Source of the DNA: Elusimicrobiota bacterium
GTDB taxonomy: Bacteria; Elusimicrobiota; Elusimicrobia; UBA1565; UBA9628
Direction of reading: 5' to 3'
Length of the DNA: 64,000 nucleotides
Assembly (NCBI GenBank): GCA_016182905.1
Contig: JACPFR010000005.1
Coordinates: 76,185-140,184, forward strand
The translations under genes were made by a program, and so were the position numbers. The notes under the pieces are model-generated. The model was not told the DNA's origin. It saw only the letters and a program-made list of their open reading frames with translations, and did no database searches. Shown here piece by piece: positions 9,801-16,820 of this stretch (within the stretch, counting starts at the first letter, position 1; the number at the start of each line of letters is the position of its first letter).

Positions 9801-12111
9801 GGAGACGTTCTACCGTTTCGTCGACGTAATGCCTAGCACGGCTCCCTTCCTGGTTTACACGGCTTCATTCACATTCACGGGCGCCGATGGGGCCGGTACG
9901 GTCGAGTTCTACTCGCGCGATCAGGTGCTCAACACGGAGCCGGTGCGCTCCCGCGCGCTGCTGCTGGACTCCACGCGTCCCGTGGCCGTCATCGACTCGC
10001 CGCACGGCGGGCAGGGCATCTGCTCGGTGGTCAAGGGGATCATCCCGGTGCGGGGCACGGCGCGGGACCTGCATTTCGCGAGTTATCTCCTTGAGTCCGC
10101 TCCGGGACGCGACGCCGCCGCCGGCTTCGTGGCGGCGAGCTCCGGGACGGCCGCGGTGGACGCGGGCCTATTGGGGACCTGGGACGCTCGGTCGTTGTCG
10201 GGCTGGCAGACCTTGCGGCTGACCGTCTTGGATCAGGTGCGCAACGCCTCCGTCGCGACCCTCAGCGTCTTCGTGGGCGACCCCGGGCGGCTGCTGGTGT
10301 TGGGAAGTCACGAGACCTTCAACATGCCCCAGGGCGTGGCGGCCGGCGCGGACGGCCGGATCTACGTCGCCGAGACCAACGACGACCAAGTCCAGGTCTT
10401 CTCCGCCACCGGGACTGCGTTGGTTTCCTTCGGGCGCGGCCACGGGCGAGACAATGACGAGGACGCGGGCCTGCGGCTGAACAAGCCCAAGAGCGTGGCG
10501 GTGGATGCCGCGGGAGCCATATTCATAGCCGATACCCACAACGACCGGATCTTGAAACTCTCCGCCACGGGACAGGTGCTGCTCGAGGTAGGACGGCGCA
10601 AGCCCGGAAGGAAGGACGACGACAAAGACGGCAAGGACAAGGGGAAGAACGAATCTCAGGAGTTCCAGTCGGGGAAGGGGCCGGGAGAGTTCCGCAAGCC
10701 CTCAGGCGTCGCGGTCGACGGCGAGGGGAACATCTTCGTCGCGGACACCGACAACAACCGGGTCCAGAAGCTGGGGCCTGACGGTGCTCCTCTGCTCGCC
10801 TTCGACCTGCCCCCCGCCTCGGGCGATGGCGAGGACGAGGACCGCGACTGCGAGAGGCCCGAGCTCGGGCGTCCCGTCGGCATCGCCCTGGACGGCGCGG
10901 GCAACATCTACGTCGCCGACCCGCGCGGCGCGCGGGCGCTCAAGTTCAGCCCGGCCGGACAACTCCTAATGACTTTGCCCATCCATTCGGAGGGCGAGGG
11001 GGGCCGCGGCAAGCCCGGCCGTCCCGAGGGGGTCGCGGTCTCGCCGGACGGCAGCTGCGTGCTGGTCTCGGACCAAAGGTCCTCGCGCGTGATCAAGTTC
11101 GACGCGGCGGGCGTCCAGACGCTGGCGTTCGGGGAGCCGGGCAAGATCAAGGACAACAAGCCCCTGCCCAAGCGGCTGGTCCTGCGCAAGCCCGCGGGCT
11201 TGGCCCTGGACGCCGGCGGCAAACTCTACGTGGCCGACCGCAACAACGACCGCATCCAGGTGTTCGGGCTTTCGACCGGCGAACCTGCGCTGGTGGTCCC
11301 GCCGCCCGCGCATGACCACAACGACGAACATGTCGCCCGGGAGGTGGTGGACAGGGAGGAGGGCGGCAGCGTGGAGCGCGACGACCAGGCCGGGGTGAAC
11401 ATCCCGGCCGGAGCTTTGGCCGAGGACCTCAAGATCACCGTGTCCACGCCTTCCGTCTCCGTTGAGGGCGACCGGGACCGGAACAGGGATGAGCAGAACC
11501 TCAAGGTCGTCTCGGCGCCGGTCGAGTACGGCCCCGAAGGGACGAAATTCAAGGAGCCGGTGACCTTGATCCTGCCGTACACTCCCGACCTGATCGCCGC
11601 TCAGGGGGTCGCCGAGGACAGCCTCAAGATCCACTACTGGAACAAGGGAAAGGGCGAGTGGGAGGCCCTGGAGTCGGAGGTGGACAAGAAGAACGGCACC
11701 ATCAAGGCGAAGACCCCGCACTTCTCGCTCTACCAGGTCCTGGGCTCGACGGGACCCGGGACCGCCGCCGCCCCCCTGGCGGCCGACGCCTCCTTCGGCT
11801 TCAAGGACCTGTACGCATTCCCCAATCCCGTGCGTGGGCAGGGGCCGGTCACGATCCGCATCCAGCCGGGCCTGGCCGACTCAATCACAGTGAGGGTCTA
11901 CGACGTGTCGGGCCGTAAGGTCCACGAGTCGTCGAACTTCGTAAACCGCGGCGCCTTCGACGACGGGAACGGGAAAGGCCCGCAGTACACCTATGACCAC
12001 ATCTGGGATGTCTCCGGCGTCGGCTCGGGGGTCTACACCTTCGTCGTGACCGCGACCAAGAGCGGCGAACGGGACATCCATAAGACGGGGAAGGTCGGCC
12101 TCATAAAATGA
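3823..12111 (+). CDS. Giant (2762 aa) secreted surface protein: FN3/Ig-like repeats, NHL repeats, ZU5-like domains, T9SS type A-like C-terminal domain
   Basis: Signal peptide; FN3-like units; about 10 repeats ending (F/W/Y)xxxDxxGN/LN; NHL repeats (PxGVAVD...IYVAD...RVQKF/VF); two GPEGxxF...LxY ZU5-like units; C-terminal YAFPNP...VRVYDVSGRKV...W...SGVY. Confidence 0.9.
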   Translation: MNSERIRRLAVRTALGLSLVAASWTGFVRPPFARAASVCTVVKLELEQKAALEREAFNAHLVLTNNQADTPLSSLRVTISIKDSLGNPADALFFNKVTDIAGVSAVDGTGTMQPAAVADIRWLIIPSPGAGGSQYDGTQYQVTAQISYVSGETPGLNPTQPAYITVYPQPLLSLEYLMPFEVFGVDPFTLTGSTEPFPLGLRVSNVGAGTAVNFQIDSAQPGITDNKQGLPISFQIVGAFLNSSPLPANTLTVPFGNIPPGGSSLASWQMTSSFSGRFTDFTVTATHDASLGGALTSLIQSVTTYTLIKDVLDDQPGRDAQYDLLVNVGTPRSRMESDYQSGLEPKPDALIDSDRPGFTPVRNVPAHLGGGLSGSNGVLNVVFDQAVPTGTWVHTSIPFPQGDSVPLTSVSRSDGKPINPRNAWIAKHIDKLTNTRTYFLHLLDFTSSEPVGYAMTFNAASLIVPPDPISNLSALASGPGALSLSWNATGAEGSSGTIVGGRYAIFASTDPSAVPGVAGAAVSFSTVTQALAGQDYLLSGLLGNATYQIAVFLANAAGQFSSVSNMVVVQTLANPPTAVQVTSITASGFALSWTTSANGAGTEYQVALSSGEQTAFTADQSSAVFSGLNANQTYSVTSVERNGAQALTPAVVIAGVTTLALPPATTSPAFVSITTDSAQAQWLLDGNPTDTEFFSELSTSASRAPVFAASGWVRAHDFTFAGLPSGTTFYGQVKARNRALTETAYADLGAMRTAPVDNLPPLTSLAVGLPQFGASPVYIATGTILSLSAVDDKAVEGDGIGLGVAQTLFAIDSSSFTAYTGTFTLVAQGTHTIQFYSVDVLGNAEIARSALVAVAAPPAAVVDLALAAVHPSSVTLRWTEPVGAIPQVSYDLRRATFPITTDNFDAATAIPAPAPASSGTVLSIDVAGVTEPGFYAALVSRNALGGVSPLSNVAGLIRSTVTVNGYPELAFSANQSVTATLLSPAEGKGAVAFASAAPVGLILVSSIYDLGPEGAVFNPYAALTLRYSAATLAALGLVPSDLAIYQYVAGSGWVAVSAQTLSVDDQNVIATIPSLASIFALLGKSHVPPTLALTPINGSTVTTPTPRITAVYSAIGPGVAPATVRLTLDGADATASAVVTASEASFTPDAALAQGSHTVTAAVADYAGNVATASSTFFLDSVPPETTLVVGDPLFSSTTLFVTAATPLGLTASEPARTFYAVGSSTFAAYSGTFTLVALGTYTVQFYSVDLAGNVEATRSAQAAVDGLPPRTAAAFGEPKFAGDRLYVSSTTPIEFSAADDLASLGDGSGAGAAQTLLSVDSAAFAAAVSAISLSSEGEHALSWYSRDLLGNSEIPVSTSIVVDLTPPLTQLLISSPSITQASGTVVGPATILSLSAQDPVSGGVASGVKDTFLSVSTNVFAPAPVTFTLFGADGPRTVSFYSRDNVLNAEPLASATVLLDATPPVSAATIAVPLYVAADGTRYVTPATPISFSAQDAAVDGVASGVGRIEVSVDGAAFAVYAAGLTFAEGRHVVRYRAVDNVGNVEAERELLLRSDATPPLTVFAPSGTFFTAADGARFAPLSFSYSLPAADPVVGDVASGLAFTRYALDSGSFQAYATTFTLTEGVRRVDFQSEDNLGHLELLQSATVFVDAAAPLTALAIGAPQFISSGTVYVSTATPFSLNSQDPTVAGTASGVSGISFRLDAAAFGPYLSVFTLPAPDGLRNVAWSAADNVGNVEAEKTSSVALDATAPQSSLVVVGGRQVAGPDAASFYASSDTRVAFMSFDPVTSGVASGLAAVRYQDNGGAFQNFAAPPALGEGRHALGYQAQDNVLNLEVLRSTTVLVDATPPVTAISMGAPTFTAADGTVYVAPASSISFSAADPSLPSGEPGSGAERVEVSVDAGVYAAFNAPLTFSEGLHTVRYRALDRVGNVSAERTLELRSDATPPASELAIGEPSFSLSSATVLVSSMTPLSIAAQDPTVNAVASGVKETFYRFVDVMPSTAPFLVYTASFTFTGADGAGTVEFYSRDQVLNTEPVRSRALLLDSTRPVAVIDSPHGGQGICSVVKGIIPVRGTARDLHFASYLLESAPGRDAAAGFVAASSGTAAVDAGLLGTWDARSLSGWQTLRLTVLDQVRNASVATLSVFVGDPGRLLVLGSHETFNMPQGVAAGADGRIYVAETNDDQVQVFSATGTALVSFGRGHGRDNDEDAGLRLNKPKSVAVDAAGAIFIADTHNDRILKLSATGQVLLEVGRRKPGRKDDDKDGKDKGKNESQEFQSGKGPGEFRKPSGVAVDGEGNIFVADTDNNRVQKLGPDGAPLLAFDLPPASGDGEDEDRDCERPELGRPVGIALDGAGNIYVADPRGARALKFSPAGQLLMTLPIHSEGEGGRGKPGRPEGVAVSPDGSCVLVSDQRSSRVIKFDAAGVQTLAFGEPGKIKDNKPLPKRLVLRKPAGLALDAGGKLYVADRNNDRIQVFGLSTGEPALVVPPPAHDHNDEHVAREVVDREEGGSVERDDQAGVNIPAGALAEDLKITVSTPSVSVEGDRDRNRDEQNLKVVSAPVEYGPEGTKFKEPVTLILPYTPDLIAAQGVAEDSLKIHYWNKGKGEWEALESEVDKKNGTIKAKTPHFSLYQVLGSTGPGTAAAPLAADASFGFKDLYAFPNPVRGQGPVTIRIQPGLADSITVRVYDVSGRKVHESSNFVNRGAFDDGNGKGPQYTYDHIWDVSGVGSGVYTFVVTATKSGERDIHKTGKVGLIK
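6261..7604 (+). repeat. Internal DNA-level repeat pair in the giant gene (about 6261-6371 and about 7493-7604)
   Basis: Both copies share ccgggaccttcacgctcgt, cagttctacagcgtcgac and cgcgcagcgc, encoding SSFTAYTGTFTLVAQGTHTIQFYSVDVLGNAE and STFAAYSGTFTLVALGTYTVQFYSVDLAGNVE. Confidence 0.8.
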
Positions 12112-12998
12112 GAGCACTCAAGGTCGCCGGACTGATCGTCCTCTCCGCCCAGGTCTCCTGGGCCGCGGAGACCGCGTCGTTTCTCGACATCGGCGTGGGC
12201 GGACGCGCGCTGGGCATGGGCGGCGCCTACACGGCCCTGGCCGACGACGCGAACGCCCTCTACTGGAACCCCGCGGGCTTGGCGCGCCTGGAGAAGCGCG
12301 AGGCGACGGCGAGCCATGCCGAGCTGTTCGAGAGCACGCGGCTCGACTTCCTGGCGTACGCGAATCCCACGACGCAGGGCGTCCTCTCGGCGGGGCTCAC
12401 CTACCTGAGCCAGCCTAAGATTCCGGGGCGCGACAGCCTTGGACGCCCGACGGGAGGATATGACGCCTCGGACGCCGCCGTGAGCCTCGGCTTCGCCCGC
12501 AAGCTCGACATGGCCGATTTCGGCGTCTCCGTGAAGTACGTCCGCAGCCACATCGGCTCCGTCGAGGCGCAGACCGTCGCCGTGGACGTGGGCGCCAAAC
12601 GAGCGCTGGGAAGCCTGGTGTTCGGCGCAGCGTTTCGCAACCTGGGGCCTGGGCTCAAGTACGACAACGAGCGCAACGACCTGCCCCTCAGGCTCGCCGT
12701 CGGCGCCGCCTACAAGTTCGCAGGAGGGCACGCGGCCGCAGTCGAGGCCGTCAACGGCCCGCGCGGCGCGGGAACGGACGGCTCCTTCGGCGGGGAGTTC
12801 CAGGCGCTCAAGAACGTCTATCTTCGTGCCGGCTACACCACCCAAAGCGCCGTCACCGGCGGCGCAGGCTTCGACGCGGCGCGCGGGTTGACCTTCGGCC
12901 TCGGCATGCGCAACGAGAAGTGGAGCATGGACTACGCGATCCTCCCGACCGGCGAGCTCGGGCGATCTCACCGGTTCAGCCTTGGTGCTCGATTTTAG
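12108..12998 (+). CDS. PorV/PorQ (UPF0164) family outer-membrane beta-barrel protein
   Basis: Signature FLDIGVGGRALGMGGAYTALADDANALYWNPAGLA; C-terminal Phe; ATGA overlap with the giant gene. Confidence 0.9.
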   Translation: MRALKVAGLIVLSAQVSWAAETASFLDIGVGGRALGMGGAYTALADDANALYWNPAGLARLEKREATASHAELFESTRLDFLAYANPTTQGVLSAGLTYLSQPKIPGRDSLGRPTGGYDASDAAVSLGFARKLDMADFGVSVKYVRSHIGSVEAQTVAVDVGAKRALGSLVFGAAFRNLGPGLKYDNERNDLPLRLAVGAAYKFAGGHAAAVEAVNGPRGAGTDGSFGGEFQALKNVYLRAGYTTQSAVTGGAGFDAARGLTFGLGMRNEKWSMDYAILPTGELGRSHRFSLGARF

Positions 12999-13150
12999 CA
13001 GTCGCCTCTATACGGCTAAACCGGAGCAAACTGGAATATGCCGACCAGCCTATCGAGCGGCCATTATCATGAATGAAGAGAAAAAGATGCCTACTTCAGT
13101 ACGCTACGACGCAGCTCTCCAGCTCGCGTCGCTGAAACGCCCCCGCGATA

Positions 13151-13789
13151 TTAGGCTCGTCGTTCCGCGTCGATGAAGTATGAGCGAACGCCCGCCGAAA
13201 CGGCGACGGCCATCACCAGACAGCCGATGACCTGGACGGCCGCGCCCAAGCCCACGTCGTGGGTGAGCAGGCCCGCGGTCTCAAGCAGGTAGGTCCAGTC
13301 GTGGACGCCGCCGGCCACGAGGTCCAACTGCTGAGCTCTCGCGTCCGCGACGTAGTGCCCGATGCCGAGAAAGTTCTGCCCGAGCCAGAACAGCGCGACG
13401 CAGGCGGAGAGCCTCTCCCCGCGCTTAAGGAAGTGGAGCATTGCCGCCCCGGGCAGGAGCAGCTGCATCAAGGTCCCGCCCGCGACCATGATGAAGCGCG
13501 CGCCCAACAGGCCGAAGACGACGTGGCCGCCCTCGTGGAAGGCCAAGTTCACGAAGTCCGGCAGCCAGAACGCGCGCATGAGCCACTGCCTGGCCGGGAC
13601 CATGACAGCGAAAAACAGGACGGCGCCGGCGATATAGGGCGGCGTCCAGAACGTCAGCGCGGCGGCATCGGCCGACTGTGAGGCGGCCATCGGCCTCGCG
13701 GACTGCGGCTTCTTGCTCAGCATCTCTGAGCAGACCTGGCAAAACAAGGCGTCGGCGGCATTGTCGTTCCGACAGGACGGGCAGTTCAT
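13151..13789 (-). CDS. Zinc-ribbon plus membrane HEXXH protein (peptidase M50-like)
   Basis: N-terminal CPSC...FCQVC; transmembrane segments; FHEGGH and HDW motifs. Confidence 0.8.
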   Translation of the reverse strand: MNCPSCRNDNAADALFCQVCSEMLSKKPQSARPMAASQSADAAALTFWTPPYIAGAVLFFAVMVPARQWLMRAFWLPDFVNLAFHEGGHVVFGLLGARFIMVAGGTLMQLLLPGAAMLHFLKRGERLSACVALFWLGQNFLGIGHYVADARAQQLDLVAGGVHDWTYLLETAGLLTHDVGLGAAVQVIGCLVMAVAVSAGVRSYFIDAERRA

Positions 13790-14029
13790 GTTCAGGAGAG
13801 CATGGCGTGTCCGGCGCTTCTTGTCAAGATGGCCGGACTTGGTGAGTTTGCGAACTTTGACGCCCTCGGGCCGCCCTCTCCGACGAGGATTAGGGCTAGA
13901 CCTGAGCGGTTGTCAGGCGGAGGCCTTTCACCTCACAGAAATAGCGACTGTGATCGTCGGGAAGTGAGAATTCGCATAGCCATCCTGAATGTCATTGAGT
14001 AACCCATAAAGCGGGCGTATTATTTAAAA

Positions 14030-14100
14030 ATAGGCCTTTAAACATTATAGACTTGAAAAAATAGGCCTCTTCTGTTATATTAGAGTTAGATTATAGGCCT
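14030..14100 (+). promoter_or_regulatory. Sigma70-type promoter of the Fic gene overlapped by three ATAGGCCT direct repeats
   Basis: TTGAAA (14053-58), 17 bp, TATATT (14076-81). ATAGGCCT at 14030, 14061 and 14093. Confidence 0.75.
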
Positions 14101-14132
14101 CCAAGTCATTCTCAGGCTCATAAGAGTGAAAA

Positions 14133-15605
14133 ATGACGCCCTTATCAGAACTCATCTTTGGGACATCAGAAAACAAGGAGGCCAAGCGCCTGCGCCGCTT
14201 ATTGCGTGCAGGACAGGCTAGAAAGATTGCGCCACGCCTATACACAACCAATCTTACGGACCTGCCCGAGAAGATAGTCCGAGATAACTACCACGAAATC
14301 CTTGGGAGGCTTTTTCCCAAAGCAGTCATCAGCCATCGGACCGCGCTGGAAGGAAAGCCTACAGCAAGCTGGGAAGTATTTCTTACCAGCTCTTATCCCC
14401 GAAAAGTCGTATTGCCGGGCCTTACAGTCAGAATCATGAAGGGTCCGCCCGCTGGAATTGCGGACAAGCCCTTCATGGTGGGGGACCTCTTCCTCGCATC
14501 GGAACCACGAGCATTCCTCGAGAACCTCCAGCCAAGTCGCCGAGGAGCGACCACGTCAAAGGCCATTTCCCGTCAAGAGCTAGAAGAACGTCTTGAAAGA
14601 ACCCTTCGCCTAAGGGGCGAGAAAGCCCTAAACAATCTACGTGATGAAGCTCGGCGCGTCGCTAACGAATCCGGCTTCCTCGAAGAGTTTAAGTCGCTGG
14701 ATGCGATCATCGGGGCAATGCTCAAGACAAAACCGGCTTCTGGACTGCAATCAGCATTGGCCAAGGCACGGGCAGCAGGAGAGGCGTTCGATCCGGAGCG
14801 GCTAAGAGTATTCGAGGCTCTTTTCTCTGCCCTAAAACAAACTCCGCTACGAGAGACTGCTGAGGCGCATACAAATTCAGAAGCTTTGCGAGTGCTCGCC
14901 TTCTTCGAGTCCTACTTTTCAAATTATATTGAAGGGACAAAATTCGAAGTTGATCAGGCGCATGAGATCGTATTTGAAGGGAGGATCCCAATCACGCGTC
15001 CAAAGGATGCGCATGATGTCTTAGGAACTTATCGAGTTGTCTCGAACATCGCAGGGCTGAGTGAACGGCCTCAAGCCATGGATTCGTTTTGGACGCTGCT
15101 CTCAACTCGCCATGAAGCTATGCTCGGCGCCAGGCCAGAAATTCGGCCAGGCGAGATGAAGATGGACGTCAACCGCGCCGGGGACACGGTATTTGTCGTG
15201 CCAGATCTCGTAAGAGGGACGCTGGCAAGAGGCCTTGAGTTTTATAAGGTCCTGGATTCTCCATCGGCTCGGGCGGCGTTCATGATGTTTCTGGTTTCCG
15301 AGGTTCACCCTTTTAACGATGGCAACGGCCGTATTGCTCGCGTGATGATGAATGCCGAGCTGGTCGCGGCAGGTTTACGACGGATCATCATCCCAACAGT
15401 ATTTCGCGACGATTACCTCGGCGCGCTTCGAGCTCTTAGCCGGAGAGGCGATCCTGGCGCTTATCTGCGCATGTTTGATTACGCCCAGTTATTTTCAGCA
15501 AGCATCGATTTCTCCGACTTTCCAACTGCGCGGCGGGCATTGGAAGCGGCGAACGCTTTCAAAGACCCCGGAGAAGCGAAGCTCGTCATCCGAAAGAGCG
15601 AGTAA
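14133..15605 (+). CDS. Fic family protein (class II-like, with long N-terminal extension)
   Basis: Canonical HPFNDGNGRIAR; inhibitory (S/T)xxxE(G/N) motif SNYIEG upstream of it; lower GC than flanks. Confidence 0.92.
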   Translation: MTPLSELIFGTSENKEAKRLRRLLRAGQARKIAPRLYTTNLTDLPEKIVRDNYHEILGRLFPKAVISHRTALEGKPTASWEVFLTSSYPRKVVLPGLTVRIMKGPPAGIADKPFMVGDLFLASEPRAFLENLQPSRRGATTSKAISRQELEERLERTLRLRGEKALNNLRDEARRVANESGFLEEFKSLDAIIGAMLKTKPASGLQSALAKARAAGEAFDPERLRVFEALFSALKQTPLRETAEAHTNSEALRVLAFFESYFSNYIEGTKFEVDQAHEIVFEGRIPITRPKDAHDVLGTYRVVSNIAGLSERPQAMDSFWTLLSTRHEAMLGARPEIRPGEMKMDVNRAGDTVFVVPDLVRGTLARGLEFYKVLDSPSARAAFMMFLVSEVHPFNDGNGRIARVMMNAELVAAGLRRIIIPTVFRDDYLGALRALSRRGDPGAYLRMFDYAQLFSASIDFSDFPTARRALEAANAFKDPGEAKLVIRKSE

Positions 15606-15695
15606 GAGGAGTTTCCGTCTCTGGGACTAGTGCCTGAACTGCCGCTGATCCAGAGCCGGAGGTTGTCGCCGATCCGGCACCCGCACCAAAATCCT

Positions 15696-15717
15696 TGTCG
15701 AGATGCGTGTCGAGATG
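15696..15717. repeat. TGTCGAGATG direct repeat (integrase arm-site-like)
   Basis: Copies at 15696-15705 and 15708-15717; related TGTCGA at 15773 and an inverted GTCGAGA near 15781-87. Confidence 0.55.
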
Positions 15718-15732
15718 ACGCCAAAAACCAAC

Positions 15733-15769
15733 AAAAAACCGCAAACTCGAACAAACTCAAGTTTGCGGT
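15733..15769 (-). terminator. Rho-independent terminator downstream of the tRNA fragment
   Basis: Minus strand ACCGCAAACT-12 nt loop-AGTTTGCGGT followed by a T tract. Confidence 0.7.
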
Positions 15770-15817
15770 AATTGTCGATTTCTCGACGAGAACTCGATTC
15801 TGACAGCGGAACTGCTT

Positions 15818-15880
15818 CCTGCGCCGGGGGCACCCGTCAGTTTTACAGACCGGTGCTTTTGACCGCTCAGCCACCCTACC
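15818..15880 (-). pseudogene. tRNA-Tyr(GTA), 3'-truncated or degenerate
   Basis: GGTAGGG acceptor 5' strand, D arm, CCGGT-CTGTAAA-ACTGA anticodon arm, long variable arm, GCAGG T stem. No TTCGAAT loop, no CCCTACC and no CCA follow. Confidence 0.8.
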
Positions 15881-15881
15881 A

Positions 15882-15928
15882 TTGCGGCTGCGACAGGGCA
15901 TTATGGCATTTCAGGGTCGCAGCCGCAA
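15882..15928 (-). promoter_or_regulatory. tRNA promoter embedded in a perfect 13-bp inverted repeat
   Basis: Minus strand TTGCGG (15928-23), 17 bp, CATAAT (15905-15900). IR TTGCGGCTGCGAC (15882-94) / GTCGCAGCCGCAA (15916-28). Confidence 0.65.
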
Positions 15929-15948
15929 CGGTATCAATAAACGGCGGT

Positions 15949-16815
15949 CTAGGCCCTGCGCAGGGCCGCGATGCGGTCCGCCAGCGGCGGATGCGTCGAG
16001 ATCAGCGCCAGGAAGCCGCCGCGCCCGCCGGCGATCTTGAGCGTCGCCAGCGCCTCCTGCGTGTCGTGGGGCTCGAAGCGGCGCTGCAGGGCCTGCAGGG
16101 CGGCGATCATCTTCTCGCGGCCGCCGAGCTTGGCGCTGCCGGCGTCGGCGCGGAACTCCCGGTGGCGGGAGAACCAGGCGACGACGACCATGCCCAGTAT
16201 TCCGAGAGCGATCTCGAGCGCGAACACCGTCAGGCGGTCCATCCCCCGGTGGTCGCGGTCGGAGCCGCGGCTCAGCGCGAAGGCGATGACCCGGGCCAGG
16301 AACATGACGAAGGCGTTGACCACGCCCTGGATCAAGGTCATCGTGACCATGTCGCCGTTGGCGACGTGGGCGATCTCGTGGGCGAGCACGCCCTCGAGCT
16401 CGTCCTGGCTCATGCTCTCGAGCAGGCCGGTCGAGACGGCGACCAGCGCGCGGGACTTCGTCGGGCCCGTGGCGAAGGCGTTGGGCTCGGGGCTGTCGTA
16501 GATCCCGACCTCGGGCATCGCCGGCAGGCCCGCGCGGCGCGCGAGGCCGTGGACGGTCCCGACCAGCGGGTGGCCGGAGCGCGCGTCGAGGACCTTGACT
16601 CCCATGCTCCACTTGGCCATCACGCGCGACAGGGACAGCGAGACGAAGGCGCCGCCCATGCCCCACGCGAGGCAGAACGCGGCGAGCGAGCCGTAGTCGA
16701 TGCCCCTCGCGCTCAGGTACGGTCCCACGCCCAGCACCGACAGCAGGACGGAGATGGTGAGGACCACCAGCAGGTTCACGGCCATGAATAGGAACACGCG
16801 TTTCATCCAGGTCAT
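15949..16815 (-). CDS. htpX: Membrane zinc protease HtpX
   Basis: PNAFATG, LAHEIAHVANGDMVT, EFRADAG and THPPL motifs; RBS aggagagg. Confidence 0.96.
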   Translation of the reverse strand: MTWMKRVFLFMAVNLLVVLTISVLLSVLGVGPYLSARGIDYGSLAAFCLAWGMGGAFVSLSLSRVMAKWSMGVKVLDARSGHPLVGTVHGLARRAGLPAMPEVGIYDSPEPNAFATGPTKSRALVAVSTGLLESMSQDELEGVLAHEIAHVANGDMVTMTLIQGVVNAFVMFLARVIAFALSRGSDRDHRGMDRLTVFALEIALGILGMVVVAWFSRHREFRADAGSAKLGGREKMIAALQALQRRFEPHDTQEALATLKIAGGRGGFLALISTHPPLADRIAALRRA

Positions 16816-16820
16816 TTGAT

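Noticed and set aside
15796-15880. Intact functional tRNA-Tyr
   Set aside because: No TTC loop, no acceptor 3' strand, no CCA, and a mismatch at the top of the anticodon stem.
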